Origin: Paraspadella gotoi
Lineage: Eukaryota; Animalia; Chaetognatha
Assembly (NCBI GenBank): GCA_051294375.1
Contig: JBJCIZ010000778.1
Span: 1-25,615, forward strand
DNA: 25,615 nucleotides
Direction of reading: 5' to 3'
Shown: in pieces, positions 12,025 through 22,192 of the stretch
Layout of the letters: each line of letters starts with the position of its first letter
Numbering within the stretch: the first letter of the stretch is position 1
Notes under the pieces: generated by a model
Database searches by the model: none
The model's input: only the letters and a program-made list of their open reading frames with translations
Told to the model about the DNA's origin: nothing
Made by a program: the position numbers and the translations under genes

Positions 12025-15000
12025 CTCGCGGCAGCATACGCGGCCACAGGAGCGTTTCGTCCAATCGTCCCAGTAGTAGTTTCAAATGGTTCAAAGCGTG
12101 TGGTCGTGTATGCCATGCTTGATAGTGGCGCAACGAGATCTGCCGTTACATCTAGGATTGTTAGTCATTTAGGATTACAACCTTACACTTTGTTCACTAA
12201 TCTTTCTACATATAATTCTGTCACCCAAGCTTGGCGTGATTATGTTGACTTAAGGATTTCGACTCTTGATGACTCTTATTCCATTGATATCAATAAGGTG
12301 TTAGTTGGTGCAGTCTTGACAACTGAGTATGACCGACCATGTAAGAATGCTGATATCATTGATTATGAATACATGAATGATGTTGTGTTTGAGGAATTGG
12401 AAAACGATGGCGTGGAATTGATTCTTGACGCTCGCTTGGCGGCTACTTGGGTTGGAGGGGAGACGAGAGTTGGCCCAGAGGGATACCCAGTTGCCCTTAA
12501 AACCCGTTTTGGTTGGACTTTGGTAGGTGCTAGTGAGAATGAGACTCATGACTACTTGAGTTGTTGTTCAACTATTCCAGAATTTGAGCATTTGGAATTT
12601 TTGATAGCTTCAATGTTCAGGCATGATTTTTTGCTTCGTGGTGATGAGAGGTATCCTTCTGAGGTTCAGCATCCATCTGCTCAAGATCTGTTTGCAATTA
12701 AACAATTGGAAGAAGGCATTTATTTCAACAAGGAGACGGGCCACTATGTGGCACCATCGCCTTGGAAGAATGGTCGTGAAAAAACTGCGGATATGTTTAA
12801 ATCATGTCGTGATGATGCAACTGAAAATGCAAAAAGTCGAGCTCGAAAAACTGCTCATAAGATGAGGAAAGATTTGGTTTTGAGGGATGGTGTATTTAAA
12901 ACAATGGAGGAGACGATTGAACTGGGTCATGCCAGGAAGGTTGTTGAGGATCATCCATTTGAAGGTTCTCTCGAGTATTTTGCTCCTATTCATGTAGTGA
13001 CGCGTTCCGACAAACCTGGAAAGTTCCGGATTTGTCAGGATGCAGCGACAAAGGTCAAAGGTTCAAGTCTGAATGATTTTCTTATACCAGGGCCCGATAA
13101 TCTCACTCCCCTTCTTGGAATCTTGTTAAAATTTAGAAGAAAAAGGGTCACTTTGTCTGGTGACATTAAACTATTTTTTCATCAAATTGAGCTTCATCCA
13201 AAAGATGTTCCGGGGTTTAGATATTTCTGGTATACTGATAAGACTATGAAAGTACTTGAAAAACATGAACCTTTGGTCCACGTCTTTGGAGCAGCCGGAA
13301 GTCCTGGAGTAGCTAATTTTGTATTGCAATACCACGGCAAAGCAAATAAAGAGAGATTTTCGCCAGAAGTTCTAGTCGCTTTGTTTTTAAAATTTTATGT
13401 GGATGATTACTTGGATTCCTTAGATGGAGTCAAGGAAGCTAGAAAGATGAGAATTGAGTTGACTGAGGCTATGAAGGAAGGAGGATTTGAGCTGACTAAG
13501 TGGCAGAGTTCCGATCCGGGAGTTCTCATTGATTTCTCTGACGATGATGATTCCGAAAAAATTGATGGAGCGATTAGTGCTGCGGTGGAAGCCCCTCTTC
13601 CTCAAGATTCTGAAGGACTTTCTGATGATCTTGAGGGAGTTGCTGACAATGCTATTCCTGAGGACCCCTCCTTTGATGTGCAGAATGGAAAGATTCTTGG
13701 TGTTGGTTACAATTTTAGTCATGACGTTTTCTTTGTCAGAGTGACCGAGCGAGCTAAAAAGGAAGCTAAGACACGTCGTGATATCTTGAAACTCGTTGCT
13801 TCAATTTATGACCCACTGGGTCTTGTCTCCCCATTCATCCTTAAGGGGCGAAGCTTTTTCCAACGGGTTACGGATCTTAGGCTTGAATGGGATGAAAATG
13901 TGCCAGATGATGTACATAAAGAATTTAACAAATGGAGAGAGAGTATTTTTTGTCTCAAAAAATTATTAATTCCCAGATGGACATCGGTCTTAGGATTAGG
14001 AGATTTTGTGGCTAAGTTAATTATTTTTAGTGATGCATCTTTGGATGGGTACGGTATGACAGCTTATATTAAGAAAGAAAGTAAATGTAATAAGTTAAAT
14101 CATGTCTGTTTATTATTTTCTAAGTCCCACGTCGTACCCATCAAGATGCAGAAAACGATTGTTCCAGATCAACTTGACCATGGCATGTCGATGCCGCGAT
14201 TGGAGTTGAATGCGGCACGCTTGGCTGCTCAAATGCGAGATATGTTAGAACGGGAGTCTGGGGAGAGTTTTGAAAAAGTATTTATGATTACTGATTCGTT
14301 AACTGTCTTGAAATGGGTTGGGGATTGGGAGAAACGTTTTAAAACGTTTGAAAATTTCCGCTTACGAACAATTCGTCATCTTTCCAGGGTATCGGAATGG
14401 TTCCACGTCGCGGGCGAGGAGAATCCAGCTGATTTGACGAGCCGCGGAATCGAAGGAGGCGACTTCAAAAGATGGTCTTTGTTTCATCAGGGGCCGACTT
14501 GGCTCAAACTTCCGGAGGACAAATGGCCAATCGTTTCCGACCCAAAGAATGTTAAGAAGAAAAAGATCAATCTCAAAGAAGTTCACGACGATACTGCTTT
14601 CTCCCCTTCTGAACTCGTTTTGCTCGGTGCGACCCATGAATATCCCGTGATTCCCGACTCGGAACCCTCAACAGGTTGGGTCCTAAAAGTATGTGAGAAA
14701 CTGAATGGTTGGGAGAAGAAAGTAAGAAGAGTTGCTCTCTTTACAAATGCTGTATTAAAATTTGTAAAATTTTTGGGTAATAAACAATTAGTATTTGAAA
14801 AAGTTAAATTAATGGCCGATGAGTTTAAATTTGCTGAAAAAATGATAATTCGTTCTATCCAGCGGAAACATTTTAAGAAAGAGATCGCGCAATTGTTAAA
14901 GCTTGGAGTGTTTTCGGCTGATGCACACCGAGAGCTTCGTAGTAAAGAGTCAAAAATAGTTAATTTGAGCCCTTTTTTAGATGAATTTGGATTGCTAAGG

Positions 15001-16200
15001 ACTGGGGGGAGACTTTCTAATGCTGAATGTTTAAGTTATGAGTCTAAGTATCCTTGTATCCTTCCTAAGGATGATGAAGTGGTGCGATCAATTATTCAAT
15101 TTGAGCATGAGGAATTGTTACATTCTGGCCCAAGTGCAACTTTTCATTCCCTTCGCCAAAAATTCATAATTTTGGGTGGGCGAGGTACTGTTGATACTGT
15201 ATTGCGGAAATGTGTAAAGTGTCAAAAATTGTTTAAAAATCCTTCTCCTCAAAAGATGTCCAACCTGCCATTAGAAAGGATGGACCCCTCGTGGCCATTT
15301 CGCGCCACCGGGGTTGACGTCTTTGGTCCCTTCCAAGTTAGACTGGCGGGACGAGGACTAAATAAAAAGTTTGTACTTTTGTTGACCTGCTTAACTACTC
15401 GCGCAACTGCCTTTGAGGTGCTGCGAGATATGTCAACGCCCTCTGTTTTAAATGCTTTGATAAGGTTTAAGAATCTTTACCCAGGTCTGGAGACTCTCAT
15501 CTCTGACAACGGTACAAACTTTAAAGGGGCTTCGGGTGAGCTCAATCGACAGTTTGAGGCGATACAGAATGATGAAAACTTTAATAATGCTATAGCCAAA
15601 AAGAATATTCGATGGAAATTTGGTCCACCTTACACCCCGCATTATGGGGGAGTGTGGGAGCGGATGGTTAGAAGTACTAAGAAATTGCTAAAAGCAATTA
15701 TTCCTAATGAGATGGACCTTGATACTTTTGTAACTATTCTCAGTGAGGTGGCTGGTGTGTTGAATCGACGTCCAATCACTTATGTTCCGACTGGCCCTCT
15801 TGACTTTATTGTGCTATCTCCATCTAATTTTTTGTATCCCTATTTACATGCTTCTAGTGCACTTACATTGTTACCTAATGTTTCCTCAGAGAGTGACGTA
15901 ATGCGTTCAACTTGGAAAAAAGTTAGGGAGGTTGCCGATGAGTTCTGGCGAAGATTTATTGTCGAATATTTACCTACTTTACAGGCGCGAACCAAATGGA
16001 GAAATTCGTCAACGGATTTGGAGATCGGCCAAATCGTCTTAGTTGTGGACCCGACTGCCGCCCGTGACTGCTGGAAGGTCGGTCGCGTCCATGAAGTCTT
16101 GGGCGATGGACCTCACGCCCGAGAAGCCATCGTAAAGATGCCCGATGGCCGGACTTTAAAAAGACACAAGTTGTCTCTTGTGGGACTAGAACTACAATAA
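12025..16200 (+). CDS. pol: Bel/Pao Pol polyprotein: aspartic protease, reverse transcriptase, RNase H, integrase
   Basis: Protease LDSGATRS (DSG at 12121). RT GDIKLFFHQI, VFGAAGSP and FYVDDYL (YVDD 13396-13407). Pao-type RNase H FSDAS, SMPRLELNAA, TDS, WFHVAGEENPADLTSRG. Integrase HEELLH..CVKC, GVDVFGP, SDNGTNF, GGVWERMV. C-terminal FWRRFIVEYLPTLQARTKW. The frame is open from 12025 and in frame with gag. Confidence 0.97.
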   Translation, partial: LAAAYAATGAFRPIVPVVVSNGSKRVVVYAMLDSGATRSAVTSRIVSHLGLQPYTLFTNLSTYNSVTQAWRDYVDLRISTLDDSYSIDINKVLVGAVLTTEYDRPCKNADIIDYEYMNDVVFEELENDGVELILDARLAATWVGGETRVGPEGYPVALKTRFGWTLVGASENETHDYLSCCSTIPEFEHLEFLIASMFRHDFLLRGDERYPSEVQHPSAQDLFAIKQLEEGIYFNKETGHYVAPSPWKNGREKTADMFKSCRDDATENAKSRARKTAHKMRKDLVLRDGVFKTMEETIELGHARKVVEDHPFEGSLEYFAPIHVVTRSDKPGKFRICQDAATKVKGSSLNDFLIPGPDNLTPLLGILLKFRRKRVTLSGDIKLFFHQIELHPKDVPGFRYFWYTDKTMKVLEKHEPLVHVFGAAGSPGVANFVLQYHGKANKERFSPEVLVALFLKFYVDDYLDSLDGVKEARKMRIELTEAMKEGGFELTKWQSSDPGVLIDFSDDDDSEKIDGAISAAVEAPLPQDSEGLSDDLEGVADNAIPEDPSFDVQNGKILGVGYNFSHDVFFVRVTERAKKEAKTRRDILKLVASIYDPLGLVSPFILKGRSFFQRVTDLRLEWDENVPDDVHKEFNKWRESIFCLKKLLIPRWTSVLGLGDFVAKLIIFSDASLDGYGMTAYIKKESKCNKLNHVCLLFSKSHVVPIKMQKTIVPDQLDHGMSMPRLELNAARLAAQMRDMLERESGESFEKVFMITDSLTVLKWVGDWEKRFKTFENFRLRTIRHLSRVSEWFHVAGEENPADLTSRGIEGGDFKRWSLFHQGPTWLKLPEDKWPIVSDPKNVKKKKINLKEVHDDTAFSPSELVLLGATHEYPVIPDSEPSTGWVLKVCEKLNGWEKKVRRVALFTNAVLKFVKFLGNKQLVFEKVKLMADEFKFAEKMIIRSIQRKHFKKEIAQLLKLGVFSADAHRELRSKESKIVNLSPFLDEFGLLRTGGRLSNAECLSYESKYPCILPKDDEVVRSIIQFEHEELLHSGPSATFHSLRQKFIILGGRGTVDTVLRKCVKCQKLFKNPSPQKMSNLPLERMDPSWPFRATGVDVFGPFQVRLAGRGLNKKFVLLLTCLTTRATAFEVLRDMSTPSVLNALIRFKNLYPGLETLISDNGTNFKGASGELNRQFEAIQNDENFNNAIAKKNIRWKFGPPYTPHYGGVWERMVRSTKKLLKAIIPNEMDLDTFVTILSEVAGVLNRRPITYVPTGPLDFIVLSPSNFLYPYLHASSALTLLPNVSSESDVMRSTWKKVREVADEFWRRFIVEYLPTLQARTKWRNSSTDLEIGQIVLVVDPTAARDCWKVGRVHEVLGDGPHAREAIVKMPDGRTLKRHKLSLVGLELQ

Positions 16201-16902
16201 TAATGTTTACAATCGTCATTATGAACAAATTTTTCAGTGATAATACCTCTCGTAATGCATTTGTTTAGAATGAGTTTAATCCTTCCTTTGTCATCGCTGA
16301 TGCAAAACATTTAAAAAAAAAAAAAAAAGTTGACATTTTTTATTTCACTAATTTTTCTCAATGTTTGTATAAAAAGTAATTATTTATAATTACTATAGTA
16401 CTACTATAATTCGACATTAGATCGTTCCCAGTCACTAAATTGATCGATTTAAGGCTTGAATCACTCTGAGTAACTTAATCTAAGGTCAAGAATTTGTACT
16501 GAATTTCTTCTAATTCCAACTGCATAAAATTAATAATATTTTTAGTAAGACCATTGTTTAAGATTAATTGGAAATCGTTCATCGTCCACTCATGATTGAG
16601 TCAATTTCACTATCTCACAGTTAGCTTGGTCGATTAAGATTGAAAACTAAGTTAGTAACCTCTGAGTAGAGAGTTATTTGGTTAAAATTAAGATGTTTAT
16701 CGTGTTCGTGATAGCTTGAAGTACTTATGCATGATACATGAAAGACAGTTTGCTGAATTACATTATTTTTCTTTCTCTCGCCAGTTAAGACTAAATTTAT
16801 TTTAACGAATTTTTATTTTATGTTTTTATCGTCGTTTCGTGTTAATAGTTTAAATTATTTTTTTTTACAGTAGTTAAATTCTTACAGTTCAGCTTGATTA
16901 AA

Positions 16903-17232
16903 ATGTCCGTTTCCGTTGCGCTTAATAAACTGAAAGAGGTTTATGAGGCCATCGCTGACGCCAAGATCGCCATGTTGATGATTAACAAAAGCAATGACGA
17001 GTGGAATGTTGCCCTTTCAAAGCATGAAACAGTGAACGAACGGATCGCCGAAGCCAAAGAAAGCATCAAGGCTGTTGCTAATCTTCGAGATGCAGCACAA
17101 AGGATGGTGATGATTAAGGCCATGAAGGATAGACTGAATATGTATGAAAAGATTTCTACTGATGACCGAGGATGTTTGGATCGGCTTCGTCCAGAACCAG
17201 AAGCGAAACGTCCGCGACTCTTCATGGGATAG
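16903..17232 (+). CDS. Accessory ORF A1, 109 aa helical protein with C-terminal NLS-like PEAKRPR
   Basis: GC-richer island in an AT-rich spacer. AAAATG start, acceptor TTTTTTACAG at 16870, amphipathic heptad pattern. Confidence 0.75.
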   Translation: MSVSVALNKLKEVYEAIADAKIAMLMINKSNDEWNVALSKHETVNERIAEAKESIKAVANLRDAAQRMVMIKAMKDRLNMYEKISTDDRGCLDRLRPEPEAKRPRLFMG

Positions 17233-17526
17233 GTGTAGTAAATAGACATGATTGTTAAGTTAGTAGATCCAGTTTTCATGGAACCCGTTGAAAGTTAGAA
17301 CCTCGTCTTAAACTCAAATTTGTTTTAAAATTTCATCGTTAGTATGTTAAGAGAATTTAAATATTTTTAGAACAAAGTCTGGATTTGGTAGATATTAAGT
17401 TTATTACTTTCAATGTTCGTTTTTCTTTTCAAGATTAATAGGTATTTGCCAACTAACTTTATCGCTTCTCGTCTCCCGCTCGCTTTCGGATTGTTAATCA
17501 TTCCTCCTCGGTTCGTCGTCATTGTA

Positions 17527-17843
17527 ATGGTAATACCTAGTTTAATTGAAATTTAAGATAGTAAAGGTCGTATGTACTAGAGTATAACCATGTATATTTT
17601 AATCAGAATCGCTCTGTCGGAATCGCGAGCGAAGTTTTCGCTGCGAAGGAAGGGGCAAAACGGATTTTCGTTCTCGGAATGGCAAAGAGAGAAAGGACGC
17701 GGTCGACTTCGGCGCTCAACGGAAGTACGGACGTCGCCATTGAGACTGAGAATGTCATCGTCGGGATTCCGTTGCACGACTTGTGGTCCTTGGAGCGGGC
17801 ACTTAAGAAAACCACGGAGGAATTAGAACGACTCAAACAATAG
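17527..17843 (+). CDS. Accessory ORF A2, predicted spliced 79 aa: join(17527-17529,17607-17843)
   Basis: Frame open 17607-17843 (NRSVGIASEVFAAKEGAKRIFVLGMAK...LWSLERALKKTTEELERLKQ*). ATG|GTAATA...TTTTAATCAG gives a 77-nt phase-0 intron. Alternative is an unspliced 54 aa product from ATG 17679. Not in the supplied ORF track. Confidence 0.55.
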
Positions 17844-18316
17844 GCCATGGAGTGACTCTCTATACTTGTGCTTGCTTTCAGTTACAAACTTTGGTCATGT
17901 TAGGCAATTTAGGCAATAAGTAAAACGTTTAAGATGAGCAACATAATAAATAATTAAGCTTTTATTCTGTTTATTAGTCTCTATTTGAGTAAGTTAATTT
18001 AAGTTCAGTTCTTATAAGATTTCTTATTTAGAGTCAGTCGGAATTGTTGATGTCCTCTACATTGGAAGAGATTAATTAATCAATTAGTTAATTAGTTAAT
18101 TTAAGGAAGAAAGTTTAATTAAGTTGTATTTTTTTTTAAATAATTGTGTAAAGTCAAATCGTAAGCTTAATTGATATGTTAGTTTACTATTGACATTTTT
18201 TTTCGTCGCCTCTTTGTTCATGTTAGGTTATTTTCCAAAATTGAAATTACTATCCTTTAGTCATATAGACTCGTCTCGTCTGTTCATTGCAAAGTATCTG
18301 TTTACGGGCATAGAAT

Positions 18317-18586
18317 ATGGCGCGAGCTCCTAGTTTTTTTCATCGCGAAATGATGAGCTGTCTCGTATCTCCTGAGAACATGGATAAGTTTCATGAAATC
18401 TACGACCGGATTGTGCGATCCAAGGAAGACGAGTTGTTCCAGCTTTTGGAGAGGTTGGGGATCCCAAGAACGAGGACAGGCCAAGTTCCAGCAGAATTCG
18501 TGCCAATGTTTGCAGATTGGGAGAAGAGGGCCGAAGACGAAATCAACGCAGCGATCCGGGACTTCATTAAAAAGAATGAAAAATAA
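18317..18586 (+). CDS. Accessory ORF A3, 89 aa, unknown function
   Basis: ATG-to-stop ORF coinciding with a GC island, globular helical composition. First ATG after the pyrimidine-rich acceptor ending TGTTAG at 18226. Confidence 0.75.
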   Translation: MARAPSFFHREMMSCLVSPENMDKFHEIYDRIVRSKEDELFQLLERLGIPRTRTGQVPAEFVPMFADWEKRAEDEINAAIRDFIKKNEK

Positions 18587-18992
18587 ACTTTCGTTGGTAA
18601 CCAAAGTTGGTTAATTCTGAAACTAGTTTTCTTTGGTTTGACTAATTTAAAATTAAATAAGGTTCTATTGCGTTAATATTGATCAATGAGTGAGACTTTC
18701 GTCAGGCATTGGTGCCAGAACCTGTGTAGTGTTATGCATAAAAGAGAATTAGTTTGATTACGTCATAAGTTATTTAGATTTTTTGGGAATAATCTAATCT
18801 GATATTTGTCGTAATAAAAATGTTAATATAGGATATTTTTTGGTCGATTTTTCGTGAATGGTTGAATTAAGTTGCTTAGTTTAAATTTAAATCATAGTCG
18901 TGATAAGATAATTAGTTAAATAATGAAATAATACTTCAATACTCTTTAAAAAGTTTATAGAATTTTCTACTTGCCTGAATTTCATATGAAAG

Positions 18993-19220
18993 ATGTCGTT
19001 AAATTCCCAAGAACCAGTTGAGAGTAATAACGTTATTTTGGGAGCAAGATTAATGGGGGCTATCATTGAAGTGGGGGAGTCGTTGAGCACTCAAGATATG
19101 ATCCAGCTCCGGTGGGCAATAGAAAGAGGAATTACGTTGGCAAGAGAAGCTGAAATGAGAAGAATCCTGGCAGAGCAAAACGCTGAGAGAGAAAGAATTA
19201 GGAACATTCGGGAGGAGTGA
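18993..19220 (+). CDS. Accessory ORF A4, 75 aa with charged C-terminal helix
   Basis: AAGATG start, GC island, tail REAEMRRILAEQNAERERIRNIREE. Confidence 0.7.
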   Translation: MSLNSQEPVESNNVILGARLMGAIIEVGESLSTQDMIQLRWAIERGITLAREAEMRRILAEQNAERERIRNIREE

Positions 19221-19402
19221 TACTATCATCAATGTAATAGACCTTGTCGGCCTTGATCGATGATTGTGATAGCGTAATACAATTGGTATGGTATTTGAAT
19301 TTTTTTTTTTTTTTTTTGGATTCTAATATTTTTCGGCGAGAGGAAAATTTTGTCTATTTTTGCTTGTTATTTGATTTGACAGGATTAGTGATTTAAATAG
19401 TA

Positions 19403-19687
19403 ATGGTCTCTAAAAGAGTATTTAACGATGGCGATCCTAGAAATAAAATTGGCGCGTTGCGTCAGAGGCTTAGTGATCCAGCTGGAGAAGTGGTCCACGT
19501 CACCCCGGACTCGGGGAATCATTCGCGGTCGGGTGGCATCTCTTTTGATCGGATACACAGAATATCAAACCATGATAATCGAGGGGTTTCAGTCTCATTC
19601 CGGATTCGATTTTGGGAGCTGGGGAGTCAAGTAGCTCCAGCCGTCGTAAATGAAATCTTGGCTACGGAATCTAGCAGATTGTTTTAA
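19403..19687 (+). CDS. Accessory ORF A5, either 94 aa (19403-19687) or the overlapping 68 aa frame (19428-19634)
   Basis: GC island after the acceptor TTGATTTGACAG (19382). Two ATG-initiated frames are open and I cannot choose between them. Confidence 0.55.
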   Translation: MVSKRVFNDGDPRNKIGALRQRLSDPAGEVVHVTPDSGNHSRSGGISFDRIHRISNHDNRGVSVSFRIRFWELGSQVAPAVVNEILATESSRLF

Positions 19688-20029
19688 TTAAAAACATTTC
19701 TTCACGAATTAATGATGAAAATTTTATAAAGCTTTCGTTGTAATCTTGTTGATAACTCGGTATTTAAATTATTATTATAATTATAATAAATATTAAAATT
19801 AAATTTAAAAAATTGCCCCTATTGAATTTAATTTCATAGTAGATTTCTATTTATATAGCAAAAAGAAAAGTCGTCTGTACCATAAATTTTTTTTTAAGTT
19901 GATTTGAGGATTTTTTGTAGTCAACCTGTGATGAAAATTTTCGGTGCTTGTCATTTTTACTATTACGCATATCTTTATCTCTGGTTGCAGATTTCATTGT
20001 CTGTTTTCTTTCTAGCGAAATCCGTAAAA

Positions 20030-20373
20030 ATGAACAAATTTGAATTCAAGAGAGCAATGACATTTGCTGATGCGGCAGCGAGAGATCTTTGCAATGCAGT
20101 GAGTAGACTTGAGGAAGCGAACCGGTCGGTTTTTCGTGCGGCGAAATTGATGGGTTATTGTTTGGATAATCTGGAAGTCAAGAACGATGTAAGTAAAACG
20201 AGGGAAGGAGAATTTAGGAGTTTACAATTGATAAATAATTTGTTTTTTGTCAGCGTCAGGGTAATTACGTGCCATTGGTGGAGTGGGTTGAGGACTCTCC
20301 GACATTTAAGCCAGGATGTGCAGTGATAATTGCCAAGACTCGTTCGTCCTCAGCTCCTGGTCCAAAGATTTAA
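20030..20373 (+). CDS. Accessory ORF A6, predicted spliced 92 aa: join(20030-20188,20254-20373)
   Basis: AAAATG start. GAT|GTAAGT donor and TTGTTTTTTGTCAG acceptor define a 65-nt phase-0 intron. Exon 2 reads RQGNYVPLVEWVEDSPTFKPGCAVIIAKTRSSSAPGPKI*. Confidence 0.7.
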
Positions 20374-20558
20374 ACTGTTATGAATTTTAAAAACTCATTC
20401 GTGATGTGACGTGAACGTGACGCGATATCTCAGTTTTTTATTTGTGTGTCTTTTACAGGGTTTTAGCAATTGATTTTGAATTTGTGAAATTTAAACATTA
20501 CTATTCGAGAGATCGTGAGATCTGTGTGAATTCTAAGAGTGAAAACTTTATAATCAAG

Positions 20559-20879
20559 ATGGATCCAGTCACGACTGAAGTCGCAGTCATTGAAGCTGAA
20601 TCGGCAATGATCATGGCGTTGTTAGCCAGCGCGGAGTGGAAGCAGGCGTTGACGGACGATGAGAAGATCAGGGCCAAAAGCATGGCTCTGCGGGCACAAG
20701 ACGTCTACAAAGAAACCTTCCGGTCTGTTTTTACCATTTTCCAAGCCGATCCTTTGGTTGATGATGACGTGTGGAGAAACCGATTATGGAGAGCCCTCAA
20801 TGACGGGAGGAAATTTTTAGTGGAAATATTTGGCGAGTGGTTCGACATGCCACAACTTGAAATCATAGAGGATATATAA
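20559..20879 (+). CDS. Accessory ORF A7, 106 aa helical protein
   Basis: AAGATGG start, first ATG after the acceptor TCTTTTACAG (20458). Reads MDPVTTEVAVIEAESAMIMALL... Confidence 0.75.
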   Translation: MDPVTTEVAVIEAESAMIMALLASAEWKQALTDDEKIRAKSMALRAQDVYKETFRSVFTIFQADPLVDDDVWRNRLWRALNDGRKFLVEIFGEWFDMPQLEIIEDI

Positions 20880-21110
20880 GTTGAACGACTATTACATTAA
20901 CTGTTACCTTTTTAGTTTGATCGCGCGATAATTTAATAGAAACTGGTTTGTGATGGTTAATTTTAATGCGTCATGTCAATATTAAAATTGTTACTTAACG
21001 TGATCGTTTAACTAAGATTGTATTTCCGTATTAAGTTGGCTTAAAGTGAAGTATTTGAGTTGGTTTTTTATTTAGCGTGAATTTAAAAAAAAAAGTTATT
21101 TTTCACTAAA

Positions 21111-21338
21111 ATGGAGTCGAAGTTATTAGAAGCAATAGAAGTGATAACTCTAGCTAAAGATTCCCTAACGACAGCTACTGATGAGTGGGTACGGGAAGTA
21201 GTTTTGACTAAAGTTGAAAAGGCTTTAAGACTCATGAACGAGATGTCCGCGGAGATGATTCATGAACGGGTGAGCTCGATTGATCCAGAAAAGTTGAGTT
21301 CGAGTCGCCAGAATCATAAGTTAAAGGAATCTCGATAG
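21111..21338 (+). CDS. Accessory ORF A8, 75 aa helical-hairpin-like protein
   Basis: AAAATGG start after TTTTTTATTTAG (21075). Similar by eye to A1 and A9. Confidence 0.7.
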   Translation: MESKLLEAIEVITLAKDSLTTATDEWVREVVLTKVEKALRLMNEMSAEMIHERVSSIDPEKLSSSRQNHKLKESR

Positions 21339-21486
21339 AAACTTGTATTAGTGATAGTTTAGTTGTTTTGCTTAATTTTCTATACGTTTAGATACATTAT
21401 TAAATTTGTTTTGGTCGCGTTTGTCTGAAATAGTTAATGTTTCATTTAAATGTTTGCAGTTGTAGCGTTATCAGCTCATAAATAAG

Positions 21487-21798
21487 ATGGGAGCGCGACT
21501 CACTATGTTGAGGGCTTTTGAAAAGATGCTGGACGCTTCAGAGGCGAATTGTTTTGCTTGTGAGCTACTTTTACGTTTGGAAAGTTCCCAAGATCGAAAC
21601 GCGGCTCGCGTGGCTATTTCCAGGGCAAGGCGGCTCACCGGCGAGGCTATGACGATAATAACTTCAGCGTTGGCTGGGATCCACCCACTCGATCACTATT
21701 TTCCAGAACTGAATGAATACGGAAATAGTTGGATGGACAGATTGCGCGTTGAAAGTACCCTCCTCCAGGATATGATGGATTTAGTCTTAAGTTCTTAG
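21487..21798 (+). CDS. Accessory ORF A9, 103 aa helical protein
   Basis: AAGATGG start after TGTTTGCAG (21459), GC island, ungapped similarity to A8. Confidence 0.75.
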   Translation: MGARLTMLRAFEKMLDASEANCFACELLLRLESSQDRNAARVAISRARRLTGEAMTIITSALAGIHPLDHYFPELNEYGNSWMDRLRVESTLLQDMMDLVLSS

Positions 21799-22192
21799 AC
21801 GAGTCAGAGTGACAGACCAAAGGGACTAATGAGTCAAATTTCGTGATGTGAATGTTTGAATATTTATCTGTTCAAAGGCTAAAATTTCATTGTTCTTGAA
21901 CAAATTTTTTTTTTGAATTTGATATTCTATTTGCTATTGTTTTGTTTAACCAGGTTAACTATTAATTCTTAATACAAACTAAGAAGTTGACTATATGTTA
22001 TCGAACTCAGTCCTATTTCGTCGATCAATTCGCCTCAGCTTATTGTTAATACATTTCAAGTGAGCGCTGTCCACTGTCAAGCGGACTCAAACCTTCTACG
22101 ATCGTTCTCACGGCTTCCTTCAACGTTCGGTGTCCTCGTAAGCGGACACAGACAAACTTTGCTTCCGGGTCGTTCAAATTGTTCCGTCAAGA

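Noticed and set aside
9716-16310. Minus-strand and alternate-frame ORFs overlapping gag-pol (e.g. 9716-10141, 13420-13722, 14362-14637)
   Set aside because: Shadows of the sense coding sequence, with no motifs.
17590-17826. Arg/Ser-rich 78 aa ORF from the supplied track
   Set aside because: The overlapping frame 17607-17843 looks more protein-like and has a plausible spliced start. This frame is disfavoured but not fully excluded.
19904-20558. TTG-initiated N-terminal extensions of ORFs 19904 and 20442
   Set aside because: Eukaryotic context. The extensions are AT-rich spacer that spans acceptor sites, so ATGs at 20030 and 20559 are preferred.
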